From an uncultured bacterium (GTDB lineage Bacteria; Bdellovibrionota_G; JALEGL01; DATDPG01): a DNA stretch of 64,000 nucleotides. Numbering within the stretch: the first letter of the stretch is position 1; every line of letters starts with the position of its first letter. Where the stretch lies: positions 118,363-182,362 of the forward strand of contig CAYNHQ010000004.1 of the NCBI GenBank assembly GCA_964397255.1. The letters run 5' to 3'. The notes below the pieces were generated by a model. The model worked only from the letters and a program-made list of their open reading frames with translations, had not been told where the DNA came from and searched no databases. The translations under genes and the position numbers were made by a program. Positions 1 through 9,995 of the stretch are shown in pieces.

Positions 1-947
1 CTGACAAAGAAGAGATCGATTATCAATGTGATTGTGGAGACAAAGGAACTGTTACAGCGAAAGGTGGAGGGAAACTCACCTGGCGTGTGGATTGGCCGGC
101 CCGGTGGGAGATGCTCGGCGTAACCATCGAGCCGTTTGGGAAAGATCATGCTTCCGCCGGGGGATCCTATGACACCGGCGTTCGGATCGTTCGCGAAGTT
201 TTTGGCGCCGAACCTCCATTCCCGATCGTTTACGAATGGATCAGCCTCCGCGGGGGGGGGGACATGTCGTCGAGCAAGGGGAATGTTATTTCCATAGCCG
301 ACATGCTTGAAACTGTTCCCCCGGATGTTCTGAAATATTCTGTTCTCAAAACGAAGCCGAACCGAAGCATCGTATTTGATCCGGGTCTTCCCCTTCTTTC
401 TCTGATCGATGAATATGACGACCTGACCTCGGCAAATCGAAATGCCCGCGCGGCGGAATTTGCCACCGTTCATGGTCGGGCGCCGGTCGGGGCTCCGTTT
501 CGACATCTCGTCATGTTGACGCAGACGACACAAGACAAAGTTACTGAGATTGCGGCGATCCTCAAACGCAATGGATATGAGGCTCTAGACATGGAAATGC
601 TGGCGGCGCGTGTGAAATATGCGAGGAAATGGCTCGATCGCTTCGCTCCAGAAGATTTGAAATTTTCTCTTCAACCTAAATTGCCGGAAATGGCTCGATC
701 CCTCACGCCGCAACAGAAAAGTGCGCTGCGAATCATTTCAGAAAAACTTCGCTCCGGCATGAACGCGGACGATATTCATCAACTGATTTATTCCGTGAAA
801 GACGAAGCCGCCCTCACGCCTAATCTTCTCTTTGAAGCGATTTACAAATCGCTTCTGGGCAAAGCGAAGGGGCCCCGCGCCGGATTTTTTCTGGCAAGTC
901 TTGATGCCGGATTTGTAAAACGTCGTTTTGAAGAGGCGGCTGCCTAA
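1..947 (+). CDS. lysK: Class I lysyl-tRNA synthetase, C-terminal portion (5' end lies outside the window)
   Basis: ORF 87..947 is open back to the window edge. A class I aaRS KMSKS-type motif 'GGGDMSSSKGN' is followed by an anticodon-binding-like region. No start codon is found within the window. Confidence 0.6.
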   Translation, partial: DKEEIDYQCDCGDKGTVTAKGGGKLTWRVDWPARWEMLGVTIEPFGKDHASAGGSYDTGVRIVREVFGAEPPFPIVYEWISLRGGGDMSSSKGNVISIADMLETVPPDVLKYSVLKTKPNRSIVFDPGLPLLSLIDEYDDLTSANRNARAAEFATVHGRAPVGAPFRHLVMLTQTTQDKVTEIAAILKRNGYEALDMEMLAARVKYARKWLDRFAPEDLKFSLQPKLPEMARSLTPQQKSALRIISEKLRSGMNADDIHQLIYSVKDEAALTPNLLFEAIYKSLLGKAKGPRAGFFLASLDAGFVKRRFEEAAA

Positions 948-960
948 CTAGGCGTAAGGT

Positions 961-2190
961 ATGTCGTACGAATTCCGGATCGGCGTACGCTATCTACTTT
1001 CTCGAAAGCATAATGCGTTGCTTTCTTTAATTACCGTCATTTCTATGGTTGGCGTGGCGCTCGGTGTAACAGCCCTCTGCGTGGTTCTCTCGGTCGTCTC
1101 CGGGTTTCAAGAAGATTTCCAAAAAAAAATTTTGGGAAACAATGCGCCTCTTATTCTTTTCCGAACTTTGGGGCCGATCAAAGAAGCCCCAGAGCTTATA
1201 TCGAAGATCGAGGTGGTCCCTGGGGTAACGGCCGCGAGTCCCTTTCTCTATAGTGAGGTGCTTCTCCACTCGAGTAGCGGACGATCGGCGGGTGTCGTGG
1301 TCTACGGCGTGGACGGGAAAAAAATTGGAAGTGTTACTTCCCTCGGCCGGGATATGGTGACGGGGCAATTAGAGTCCCTGGCGGCTGCGGAAAAGTTACC
1401 GGGAATCATCGTTGGAAAACAATTGGCGGAGCGAACACTTTATTTATTCCCCGGCGACACGATTGATATTGTTTCACCCAGTGGGGAGCTGACACCGTTT
1501 GGCTTTGGCCCGAAGGTCCGCCGCTTCGAAGTCTCAGGAATGTTTAAGAGCGGTCTCTACGAATATGATTCGAAAAGCGCCTACATATCGTTGGAAGAAG
1601 CGCAGCGTTTCTTCGATCGGCGAGGAGAAGTCAGCGGGATTCAAATCAACGTCGCTGATGTTCCCAATGCCCGAAAGACTGCCGAAAAGATTCAGGCCGC
1701 GGTGGGAGATCGCTACTATATTCGACATTGGATGGAATTAAACGAAGATCTTTTTAACGCGTTCAAGCTGGAAAAAACTACATTCTTCATTGTGTTAACG
1801 ATGATCGTGCTCGTTGCATCCTTTAATATTGTTGGGACGCTCACACTTCTCGTCATGACGAAGGGAAAGGAAATTGCAATCCTCAAGGCGATGGGAGCGA
1901 CTCGGACTTCTGTGGCAAAAATTTTCATGGTTTCGGGAACTTTGATCGGAACCTTCGGTATGGTGGTCGGCCTCGCACTGGGATATCTTTTGTCCATCCT
2001 ATTGCGCGATTACGTTCACTTTCCTCTCAATGCGGATGTGTATCAGTTGGATCAATTGCCCATCCGAATGCATGCCTCGGAATTCGCCTTTGTCGGAATG
2101 TGCGCTCTTGTCATTAGCTTTCTTGCCACTCTTTATCCCTCTCTCCGGGCCGCGGGGGTCGATCCTGCAGAAGGGCTTCGCTATGAGTGA
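961..2190 (+). CDS. lolC: Lipoprotein-release ABC transporter permease, LolC/LolE (FtsX) family
   Basis: 409 aa. An N-terminal TM helix is followed by a large periplasmic loop and a C-terminal FtsX-like 3-TM bundle. It is directly followed by an overlapping LolD-like ATPase. Confidence 0.75.
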   Translation: MSYEFRIGVRYLLSRKHNALLSLITVISMVGVALGVTALCVVLSVVSGFQEDFQKKILGNNAPLILFRTLGPIKEAPELISKIEVVPGVTAASPFLYSEVLLHSSSGRSAGVVVYGVDGKKIGSVTSLGRDMVTGQLESLAAAEKLPGIIVGKQLAERTLYLFPGDTIDIVSPSGELTPFGFGPKVRRFEVSGMFKSGLYEYDSKSAYISLEEAQRFFDRRGEVSGIQINVADVPNARKTAEKIQAAVGDRYYIRHWMELNEDLFNAFKLEKTTFFIVLTMIVLVASFNIVGTLTLLVMTKGKEIAILKAMGATRTSVAKIFMVSGTLIGTFGMVVGLALGYLLSILLRDYVHFPLNADVYQLDQLPIRMHASEFAFVGMCALVISFLATLYPSLRAAGVDPAEGLRYE

Positions 2191-2869
2191 GCTTCTTCGA
2201 GGAGAGAATCTGGAAAAGGTGTACCGACTGGGATCCAACAACGTCGAAGTTTTTCGAAACCTGCAGATATCGATCGAAAAAGGGGAGCGTGTGGCCATTG
2301 TCGGAGCCTCCGGCGTGGGAAAGTCGACTCTACTTCACTTAATGGGGGCTCTCGACCGGCCCACAGCGGGGTGCGTGAAATTTCATAATGAGGTGGTTTC
2401 GAACAGGGACGATTCTGGAATGGCATGGTTTCGAAACCAATCGATCGGATTTATTTTTCAGTTTCATTATCTCCTCCCGGAATTCACAGCTTTAGAGAAT
2501 ACCGCGCTGCCCCTTTGGATGAGAGGCGTGAACAAGGAAACCGCGACTTCGAAGGCGAAAGGACTTTTGGGTGCCGTGGGTCTTGGTCATCGACTTTTAC
2601 ATCGCCCGGCCGAATTGTCGGGTGGAGAACAGCAGCGCGTGGCTATTGCGCGGGCGTTGGTTGGGGAACCGGAACTTCTCTTAGCCGACGAACCTACGGG
2701 TAATCTCGATATTGAAACCTCGCGTTCTGTAGTGGACCTTCTTTTTTCGATTACGCGGGAGGGGAAACGCAGTTTGGTCATTGCCACGCACAATCCTGAA
2801 ATTGCCAATGCGGTGGATCGAATTTTGCACATGCGCGAAGGCGCACTTTTCGAAGAAAGAAAAGGATGA
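2183..2869 (+). CDS. lolD: Lipoprotein-releasing system ATP-binding protein LolD (ABC ATPase)
   Basis: Walker A 'GASGVGKST', ABC signature 'LSGGEQQRVAIARAL' and Walker B 'LLLADEPTGNLD'. The likely start is ATG 2183 (MSELLRGENLEKVY), overlapping the permease stop by 8 nt. The ORF-track start at 2030 is an in-frame upstream extension. Confidence 0.85.
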   Translation: MSELLRGENLEKVYRLGSNNVEVFRNLQISIEKGERVAIVGASGVGKSTLLHLMGALDRPTAGCVKFHNEVVSNRDDSGMAWFRNQSIGFIFQFHYLLPEFTALENTALPLWMRGVNKETATSKAKGLLGAVGLGHRLLHRPAELSGGEQQRVAIARALVGEPELLLADEPTGNLDIETSRSVVDLLFSITREGKRSLVIATHNPEIANAVDRILHMREGALFEERKG

Positions 2870-5169
2870 AAAGAATACTTCTTCTTCCTTTTTTGTTCCT
2901 GTTCTGCTCAGAGGTCATAGCGGCTCCGCGCGAAATCGCTAAGGTGCAGATTTCAGGAAATCGGCGAATCGAGGCGGCGGCGATCCAGGCGATGATTCGA
3001 ACAAAGCCGGGTTCAATTTTGGAGCCCGCAAAATTGCGCGACGACATCCGGCGTATTTTTGGGATGGGATATTTTAAAGATGTTCGATCCTATTACGACG
3101 ACAAAACTTCGACACTCACTTATTGGGTGGCGGAAAAGACGATTATTCGGGAAATCAAATTTGAAGGAAACAAAGAGATCGATACAGAAGACCTTCAAAA
3201 GGAAGTTCAGACCAAGACGTTTTCCTACTACGACGACAATCGGATTCGCGAAGACATCGAGCGACTCAATAAACTCTACGATGGAAAGGGATATTACCTC
3301 GCCGACATATCCACAGAGACGGAGAAGATGGGAGAAGGCGAAATTCGTCTTAAGTATAAAATTCGAGAGGACCGGAGGGTTCGACTTCGACGATTGACGT
3401 TCATCGGTAACAAAGTTTTCTCAGACAAAGAGCTAAAAGCGATAATTCAGACCAAAGAAAAAGGTTTCCTGTCATTTCTCACGGACAGCGGTTCCTATCG
3501 TGAGGAAATGTTTGCGCAGGATCGGCAAATTCTCCGCGACTGGTATGGCCACCACGGCTACATCAAGGCGAAAATCGGGAATCCTCGAGTACAACTATCG
3601 CCGGACAAGCGTTCTCTCTCTCTGACTGTGACCATTGAAGAGGGTGATCCGTATACCGTTTCCGAAGTGGGGCTGGATGGTGAATTTATCAAGGCGAGAA
3701 GCGAATTGATGAAGGAGGTCAGTCTCAAAGAAGGAAAAACCGCCGATACTTTTCTCATTCAGCAAGACATCAGCAAGCTCACCACCATTTATGCCGATGA
3801 AGGCTATGCCTACGTCAACGTGATTCCACGCGATTCTTATGATGAAGAAAAGAAAACCGTTTCCATTGTCTATTTCCTGCAGCCGGGACAAAAAGTATAC
3901 ATCGAAAAAATTCGAATGACGGGAAATAGTCATACCCGTGACAAAGTTCTCCGGCGTGAAATACCGCTGAGGGAAGGTGACCTTTTCAATGCGACCAAAA
4001 TTCGGGAGGCGAGACAGAACCTCGAGAGACTTTCCATTTTCGAGAAAATTAACATATCTACTCCACGCTCATCGGCGGACGATCGTGTCGACCTTCTGGT
4101 GGATGTAACGGAAAAGTCAACCGGTACCTTTTCAATCGGCGCGGGTTTCAACACGCTTGAGTCTTTTCAAATTATTGGTCAGGTCGATAAGCGGAATCTG
4201 TTTGGTTACGGGGTGGACATTTCCCTTCAGGCGCGTGTGGGCACAAAAACACAAGCCTACAACCTTCGATATCGTGATGAATATTTTCTCGACTCAAAAT
4301 TCGGGTTGACGATCAACGCCTTCAATGTGAATCGCCGCTATCCCGATTTTGATCAAAAATCACTCGGCGGAACGCTTGGCTTCGATTATCCGTTTTATCG
4401 AAAGGGACTCGAAAGAATTCGAGGTGGAATCACTTACGGTCTGATAAACGAAAATCTTTCAAATCTTCGGCCTACGGTAGAGCATCTCTTTACCGATGGT
4501 CTTACGAGCAGCATCACCCTTAATTTCTCGCGCGATACGCGAAACCGAGTGTTTGAACCCTCGGCTGGTTCTTATCTGTCGGTTACGGAACAAATTGCTG
4601 GCGGACCGATCGGAGGAGACAATGACTTTTCGAAATCGGATTTTGATGCAAGTTGGTTTTATCCTGTGGCCGACGAAAGTCACGCGCCAGTTATTGGTGG
4701 ATCCGTTTTCGCCCTTCACTTTACCACCGGTTTTGTGGCTCCCATTAAAAACGATGAACGAGTTCCTCTCTTTGAGCGCTATTTCCCAGGGGGCATTACC
4801 TCCATTCGGGGGTTTGAACTTCGCTCTCTCGGACCCAAGATTCAAGTCGCATCAGACAACGATCCCAGTTCGTTCACCACGACCGATTTCAATGTCGGCG
4901 GCAACAAACAGGTGATCATGAATGCGGAATATATTTTCCCCATCATTCGTCCCGCCAACATCAAGGGAGTGTTCTTCTTCGATATGGGAAATGCGTTTAA
5001 TAACGGCGAAAGTATGCTAACGCTGACCGGCCAGCGCCAGAGCACCGGCTTTGGAATCCGCTGGTTTTCGCCGATCGGGCCTCTTCGCTTTGAGTGGGGC
5101 TTCCCGCTCGACAAGAAAGAGGATGAGAGTACGGTGGTGTTCGATTTTACGATTGGATCGTTATTCTAA
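2866..5169 (+). CDS. bamA: Outer membrane protein assembly factor BamA (Omp85, POTRA repeats plus beta-barrel)
   Basis: 767 aa with a signal peptide. Repeated POTRA-like segments are followed by a C-terminal Omp85 barrel ending '...GIRWFSPIGPLRFEWGFPL...F'. The context lolD-bamA-skp fits. Confidence 0.9.
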   Translation: MKRILLLPFLFLFCSEVIAAPREIAKVQISGNRRIEAAAIQAMIRTKPGSILEPAKLRDDIRRIFGMGYFKDVRSYYDDKTSTLTYWVAEKTIIREIKFEGNKEIDTEDLQKEVQTKTFSYYDDNRIREDIERLNKLYDGKGYYLADISTETEKMGEGEIRLKYKIREDRRVRLRRLTFIGNKVFSDKELKAIIQTKEKGFLSFLTDSGSYREEMFAQDRQILRDWYGHHGYIKAKIGNPRVQLSPDKRSLSLTVTIEEGDPYTVSEVGLDGEFIKARSELMKEVSLKEGKTADTFLIQQDISKLTTIYADEGYAYVNVIPRDSYDEEKKTVSIVYFLQPGQKVYIEKIRMTGNSHTRDKVLRREIPLREGDLFNATKIREARQNLERLSIFEKINISTPRSSADDRVDLLVDVTEKSTGTFSIGAGFNTLESFQIIGQVDKRNLFGYGVDISLQARVGTKTQAYNLRYRDEYFLDSKFGLTINAFNVNRRYPDFDQKSLGGTLGFDYPFYRKGLERIRGGITYGLINENLSNLRPTVEHLFTDGLTSSITLNFSRDTRNRVFEPSAGSYLSVTEQIAGGPIGGDNDFSKSDFDASWFYPVADESHAPVIGGSVFALHFTTGFVAPIKNDERVPLFERYFPGGITSIRGFELRSLGPKIQVASDNDPSSFTTTDFNVGGNKQVIMNAEYIFPIIRPANIKGVFFFDMGNAFNNGESMLTLTGQRQSTGFGIRWFSPIGPLRFEWGFPLDKKEDESTVVFDFTIGSLF

Positions 5170-5178
5170 GGAGAAAGC

Positions 5179-5700
5179 ATGAAACGTTTGGTTGGGGTGG
5201 TGGGAATATTGATGTTAATTGGCAGTCCGGTACGCACGGCGCGCGCGGAGAATCGATATGCCATTGTGAATGTTCAGGAAGTTCTTGAAACAGTAGATGA
5301 GGGGAAAAAAGCAAAAGCTCAGCTTGAAAAAGCCATGCTCGATCGAAAGAAGGAACTCGACGACAAACAGAAGGAATATAAAAAAATGGAGGAAAATTTT
5401 GATAAACAGAAACTGATTCTTTCTCCTTCAGCCCTTGCCGACAAGCAAAAGGAAATGGACAACAAGAAGTCCGATCTTCAGAAATATTTCATGTCTGCGC
5501 AGCAAGATATGCAAAAAAAGGAAATGGAGTTGACCGGCGATATCCTCAAAAAGATTCGGGCGGTGGTGGTCAAAATCGGTGCGGATGCGAAATATGATCT
5601 GATTTGGGAAAAGAATGAGGGGGGCGTCATTTATAATAAGGATACTCTCGACATCACCGCTAAAGTCATTGACCAATACAACAAGGCATATAAGAAGTAG
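5179..5700 (+). CDS. skp: Periplasmic chaperone Skp/OmpH
   Basis: 173 aa with a signal peptide. It is Lys/Glu/Gln-rich and coiled-coil, typical of OmpH, and lies immediately downstream of bamA. Confidence 0.8.
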   Translation: MKRLVGVVGILMLIGSPVRTARAENRYAIVNVQEVLETVDEGKKAKAQLEKAMLDRKKELDDKQKEYKKMEENFDKQKLILSPSALADKQKEMDNKKSDLQKYFMSAQQDMQKKEMELTGDILKKIRAVVVKIGADAKYDLIWEKNEGGVIYNKDTLDITAKVIDQYNKAYKK

Positions 5701-5725
5701 CGGCGAGATCGGTGCTTCATTTTAT

Positions 5726-5800
5726 AGGCGCGTAGCTCAGTGGGAGAGCGCTTCCCTGACACGGAAGAGGTCGGAGGTTCAATCCCTCTCGCGCCTACCA
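5726..5800 (+). tRNA. tRNA-Val (anticodon GAC)
   Basis: Manual cloverleaf fold. Acceptor AGGCGCG/CGCGCCT, D-stem GCTC/GAGC, anticodon stem CTTCC/GGAAG with loop CTGACAC, T-arm GGAGG-TTCAATC-CCTCT. Discriminator A plus an encoded CCA. Confidence 0.85.
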
Positions 5801-5957
5801 TGCGTGCCCTTTTGCCGCCATACTTCGTTGCTCGTCGTTCAGGATCCTCACGTACAAACCGATACGCTCCGGTGCCTCGTTCCTCGCTGCAATGGGTCAA
5901 AATTTTTGTTGACTCGTTGCGCTATCTTATCTAGAGGATGGGGGCGGTTGGAAAATC

Positions 5958-7253
5958 ATGTCGTATCGAATTTTCAGTGGGGGCCTGGCCCTCATTTTCC
6001 TTTTGTCCTTTCCCTTAGAGGCTATGTCTGAGCCTCCATGGGCGGAACCTCAAGATCTTCACTGCAGATCGATTGGAATTGTGGCCCAAGACGAAGCGAG
6101 GGAGATTCTTGCGTACATTACAAGGCAGGCGGCTTACGACGTAAAAAGCCCAGAAGCCAAAGGCCTCTTCGGCCATTCATTGCTGCTTAGAACCCTTGGA
6201 ATGAAATTTGGTTATGGATATGCACCTTCGCCGATTCTGCCACTCAAACAGAACCTTTCAGTGGATGAAAGAATTTTAAGATTGTGCCAACTTGAAATTG
6301 ATACTTACGTGACATACTCATTAATCGGGGATTTCGGGAAGGCTACCGGGGAAGCTCTATTTATCATCGTTTCAACGGTGCCCGCCGTGAAAGGACTAAT
6401 GGCGCTGGGCGAACTGGCTCCCCTCGGTTGGCGCAGTTTGACTTTATCGGAGCTTCCCAACCTGACCTGGCTGGCCGTCCGGCGCATGGGCCAGCAAGCA
6501 ATGCGGGACTCGGTCGAAAGTTTTCAAAAGGTAAGGCCCTATTGGCCGATGGCGCTGGCCTCCGTTGTCATATACAAGTATGTCGTTAAGCCTTTTCTGA
6601 CGATAGGTGAACAGCCCCTCGAACAAGAAGCCAATCGAAGGGTGAATAAGTTTTTCAAATCGGTACTCATGGACCATAAAAAATGGGCTGAGGGGCAAAC
6701 AGGAGGCAGCGAAAAGATTCCTTTCGAAGCCAGCCTCGAACGTTGGACGAACCTGAGTCGTACCTTCGATTCCGAGCTTACGCTGAGGGAAAGGGAGGGC
6801 CGTGACGATGAGCTCAATATCATCCGCGCGAAATCGTATATGTACTATCAGCTCTTGTTGATGACTGAGACCACGATCCTTTTAGAAGAGAACGCCGAGC
6901 GCACGATACAATACCAATTGGAGAACACAGGTCGTCAGCCCACAGCCCAAGAGCAGTTCCTTCTTACAGAGATCCCAAAGGAAATTCAGTTAAGACGCGA
7001 AGAGCAATACTGCGTACTGCAGCAATGGGTATATTTTAGGTCGAGATATCCGGAAGTGAAATCAGACATCCTCGAACAGATGAAACTATTTGGATTTCTC
7101 ACATTCGGAAAGCGATACAAAAAGGTCTTGGCCAAGGACATCGCGGCCTTTGCCAACGTAGACGATCAGAACGCGATCCATCTTCTCATGGAATCCGAGC
7201 CGGAAGTGGACAACAAGTTGTGGGACGGTACCAATTCTCCAAATGTAAATTGA
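5958..7253 (+). CDS. Hypothetical secreted protein (431 aa)
   Basis: Long ORF with N-terminal signal-peptide-like hydrophobic stretch. No recognisable motif. Confidence 0.5.
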   Translation: MSYRIFSGGLALIFLLSFPLEAMSEPPWAEPQDLHCRSIGIVAQDEAREILAYITRQAAYDVKSPEAKGLFGHSLLLRTLGMKFGYGYAPSPILPLKQNLSVDERILRLCQLEIDTYVTYSLIGDFGKATGEALFIIVSTVPAVKGLMALGELAPLGWRSLTLSELPNLTWLAVRRMGQQAMRDSVESFQKVRPYWPMALASVVIYKYVVKPFLTIGEQPLEQEANRRVNKFFKSVLMDHKKWAEGQTGGSEKIPFEASLERWTNLSRTFDSELTLREREGRDDELNIIRAKSYMYYQLLLMTETTILLEENAERTIQYQLENTGRQPTAQEQFLLTEIPKEIQLRREEQYCVLQQWVYFRSRYPEVKSDILEQMKLFGFLTFGKRYKKVLAKDIAAFANVDDQNAIHLLMESEPEVDNKLWDGTNSPNVN

Positions 7254-7404
7254 ACCTGGCATCACAATCATCGCCTTATGTATGCAAACCTTTCCATGTC
7301 GACACATTTTGCATACATTCCGTTGCAGGGGATGACTCGAAAGGGTAAAAACTGAAGTATTTTCAAATACCTATGCCGAGTTTCCTGGTCCAAGTTTTGC
7401 GTGC

Positions 7405-7824
7405 TTGAAGAGCATGGCCGGAGATCCCCCGAACAAGAATTCAAAACCCAAGAAAAGTATAGAGAGCGAGTGGGAGTCATTCATTTCAGATTATCCTCCC
7501 GACCCGCCGTCGATCGATCGTTTCACAAAAATTCTCGCCAAGGGATGCGCTGTTTTATTTGTCCTAGTGGTTGCCGCTTACATGTTTGATCATTATCGAG
7601 CGATGGCGCCCGTTCCTGTCGCTGAAACCTCGGCGCTCCAGAATCCGCCAACCACAAAAATGTATGGATTTCCCACGTTCAGCGAACCCGAGATGAACAC
7701 AGAGAAGGCTCCCCGAGTTCCATCAAAAGTAGCCAGTAAGCCAAAGCCAAAAGCGAGAACGAAAATCGCCTTGAAAAAACCGATCAAAAACTCCAAACAC
7801 CGGCCGTTGCTTTCAGTGAGGTAA
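7405..7824 (+). CDS. Hypothetical membrane-anchored Pro/Lys-rich protein (139 aa)
   Basis: ORF with a single TM helix 'CAVLFVLVVAAYMF' and a Lys/Pro-rich C-terminus. Confidence 0.4.
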   Translation: MKSMAGDPPNKNSKPKKSIESEWESFISDYPPDPPSIDRFTKILAKGCAVLFVLVVAAYMFDHYRAMAPVPVAETSALQNPPTTKMYGFPTFSEPEMNTEKAPRVPSKVASKPKPKARTKIALKKPIKNSKHRPLLSVR

Positions 7825-7998
7825 AAATTATAAATCGAGTTACACCGTCAACTCACCTGTCGCAAGGCTGGCGAAGGCCGATTGCAGTGAAGAAGGATGT
7901 TTCAAGAACCTATCATTCGGGATAAATTTCGAGTTGTGAAGGATCATCCAAAATCATCTCAGCTTCGCTACGGTACATTTTTACTTCACCGCTCACCT

Positions 7999-9279
7999 TC
8001 ACTCGCCGCCCGCGGTATCTTTCAGCCAGACGGTTGGGAAAATGCTCGACGTCGTTTTCGTCGTCCGGGCGGATAAACCGATGAAAAGCACGGCTGAAGA
8101 CTTTAATGTGCTCCTTTCGGCCTTCAAGGCGTAGAACGAGAAATACTCCGGTTTTGTACAATTCATAGCGAGAGTCCACGACGCGTCCTTCGAACGAGGT
8201 TGGCGCAAAGACAGTCGCACCTTTGGGTTTGAGTTCACTTTCTTGGTGGAGAGGACACGCACGAGGTCAGACCGAGTGGCGAGTCCGTTTCGTCCGCGGA
8301 GAAGACTGGGACTGACAAGAGCCCGATCGAGAGGGATCCACACAGGATTGTCAAAATAAGATGAGGGAGGACTGCGGCTCGGGTCAGCCACGGGGAAGAG
8401 ATCCACAAGAGGGAGTGAGGAAGGCTCATAATTCGAAGCGATATGTCCTGCAATCGGATTCGGTTGCTGATCCGGCCGAGTATTGAAGTCACCGATGGCG
8501 ACAAAATCCATTCCAAGACCCTCGGCCTTGTTGGCGCGCCTTCGAACGACCTCGGCAACGACCCACCGCTCAATCGCAGGATGAGCAAGTGATGGCCAAT
8601 GGTTCGCGGCGACAGCGAGATGAGCGACCGTCTTCCCGTGTTGGACAAGAAAACGATCTTCGAGAATGTCTCGTGTCGCGCGATCGGTTCCGTATTGCGA
8701 AAGATCGACGGGATATGCCGCCGCGCTTTCAATCGGTATCCTGCTGACGATTGCCGTCAGAGTCTCGTGACCGAACCCTTTCGAACTCATAATCACAGGA
8801 AGCGAAGCCTGGCAGTACCCGTCGTTTCGAAGGCTGTTCAAAACGTCTCCGACTACCCGCCGATTCTCAACTTCTTCAAGGATGAGAATGTCGGGAAGTT
8901 GTCGACTGGCGAAAAGCTCATGTAGCGCAGAGATCAGTCGCTCGAGTTTTCGTTCGTACATATCTGGTGTCCAGTCGAGCTGTTTGCACATTTGTTGATA
9001 ATTTGGTGATTTGATTTGATCGCAACGCTTTCCTCCGTCTTTGAGGGAGAGGGGGAGGTAGGTTGGATCCTGTACAGTAGATAACTTTGAATCGGACGAA
9101 CCGCGCTCATCATCGGTGGCGTCGAAAAGATTCTCCACATTGTATGAGAGGATTTGAAAGGGTTGATTCGGTGCGGAACAGTTTGCGCCGTTCTTGAGAA
9201 TTTCAGCGGGATCGCTCCTGACCGTTCCTGTCAGGAATAAATGAAGGAAAAGTGCTAGAGCGCCACGTCTCATGTCCAT
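7999..9279 (-). CDS. Secreted endonuclease/exonuclease/phosphatase (EEP) family nuclease
   Basis: Signal peptide begins 'MDMRRGALALFLHLFL'. EEP motifs 'ILSYNVENLF', 'ILILEEVEN' and 'AIGDFNTRPD'. The C-terminal ~60 aa look non-protein-like; see the frameshift finding at 7913-8230. Confidence 0.65.
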   Translation of the reverse strand: MDMRRGALALFLHLFLTGTVRSDPAEILKNGANCSAPNQPFQILSYNVENLFDATDDERGSSDSKLSTVQDPTYLPLSLKDGGKRCDQIKSPNYQQMCKQLDWTPDMYERKLERLISALHELFASRQLPDILILEEVENRRVVGDVLNSLRNDGYCQASLPVIMSSKGFGHETLTAIVSRIPIESAAAYPVDLSQYGTDRATRDILEDRFLVQHGKTVAHLAVAANHWPSLAHPAIERWVVAEVVRRRANKAEGLGMDFVAIGDFNTRPDQQPNPIAGHIASNYEPSSLPLVDLFPVADPSRSPPSSYFDNPVWIPLDRALVSPSLLRGRNGLATRSDLVRVLSTKKVNSNPKVRLSLRQPRSKDASWTLAMNCTKPEYFSFYALKAERSTLKSSAVLFIGLSARTTKTTSSIFPTVWLKDTAGGE

Positions 9280-9407
9280 GGTTCTACCCTTTTCGCAAGA
9301 CGCGTGCCTTCGAATATCTAATAATTTCAAGATGTTGTTAGCAAAAATTTTTGGCTAAAAAGTGCCAAATCACGGTTCGACGGTCGCAGATCGTAAGGTC
9401 GAAGTGA

Positions 9408-9995
9408 TTACTTTCGCTTCTTAGCCGATGATGCCCAAAGCCCCTTCTTCGCAGTTTTCGCCTGGTCCTGGAGTTCCTGAGCGACTGGATCCTTCCCTGA
9501 CTTCGGGTCCCAAATCACATCTCCGTCCCGTACTAACTCATGATTGAGGTTGGTTCCCGGGGGGAGAATGACGATCGCGAGAATGTGTCCCGCTCCATCC
9601 TTCCCTTTGACTTCCAAACGCACTGATTTTCCGAGCACCAGTTTCTCCGCAAGTTTTTTCCCTCTCGCAAGAATCGCGGACTTCCCCTTCGGCAAGTGGA
9701 CACCATAAAGTCGAACCAACTCTTTCTTTTTCTGTTCGAGGATCTTGAGCGTGTCGGCTTGAATCACTTGTATCACCTTCCCATGTTGTTCCGGCGAGTG
9801 GGTCGGAGGAGCGGGTGATAGAGTTGCCGGTGGAGTTGCTTGGGCTTGGACTTCCACCGCTGGGGCGGAAGTTGCAACGGGTGGGGAAATTTCCGACTCT
9901 TTCTCCTTTTTCGAACATCCCGCGGGAAAATGTAAAAGAACCACGACAACGAGCGTAACAACCGCCCTGATAAGAATTAAGTTATGACGGGGCAT
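9408..9995 (-). CDS. Thermonuclease (staphylococcal-nuclease-like) lipoprotein
   Basis: Lipobox 'HFPAGC', a Pro/Ala-rich linker, then an SNase fold 'VIQADTLKIL...VRLYGVHLPK' and 'GLWA'. It lies adjacent to the EEP nuclease gene. Confidence 0.7.
   Translation of the reverse strand: MPRHNLILIRAVVTLVVVVLLHFPAGCSKKEKESEISPPVATSAPAVEVQAQATPPATLSPAPPTHSPEQHGKVIQVIQADTLKILEQKKKELVRLYGVHLPKGKSAILARGKKLAEKLVLGKSVRLEVKGKDGAGHILAIVILPPGTNLNHELVRDGDVIWDPKSGKDPVAQELQDQAKTAKKGLWASSAKKRK

Noticed and set aside
3013-5114. Multiple 60-140 aa ORFs antisense to or out of frame with bamA (e.g. 3595..3933-, 4459..4845-, 4496..4915+)
   Set aside because: They are embedded in a high-confidence BamA coding region, with no motifs, and are typical shadow ORFs of a GC-balanced gene. 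The same reasoning was applied to shadow ORFs inside thrS, pheST, the Slt gene, the kinase-EBP and the large hypotheticals.
5615-6031. ORFs 5615..6031(+), 5631..5900(-), 5740..5934(+) overlapping tRNA-Val
   Set aside because: They are translations of the tRNA gene and its flanks. No independent coding signal is present, and tRNA structure explains the region.
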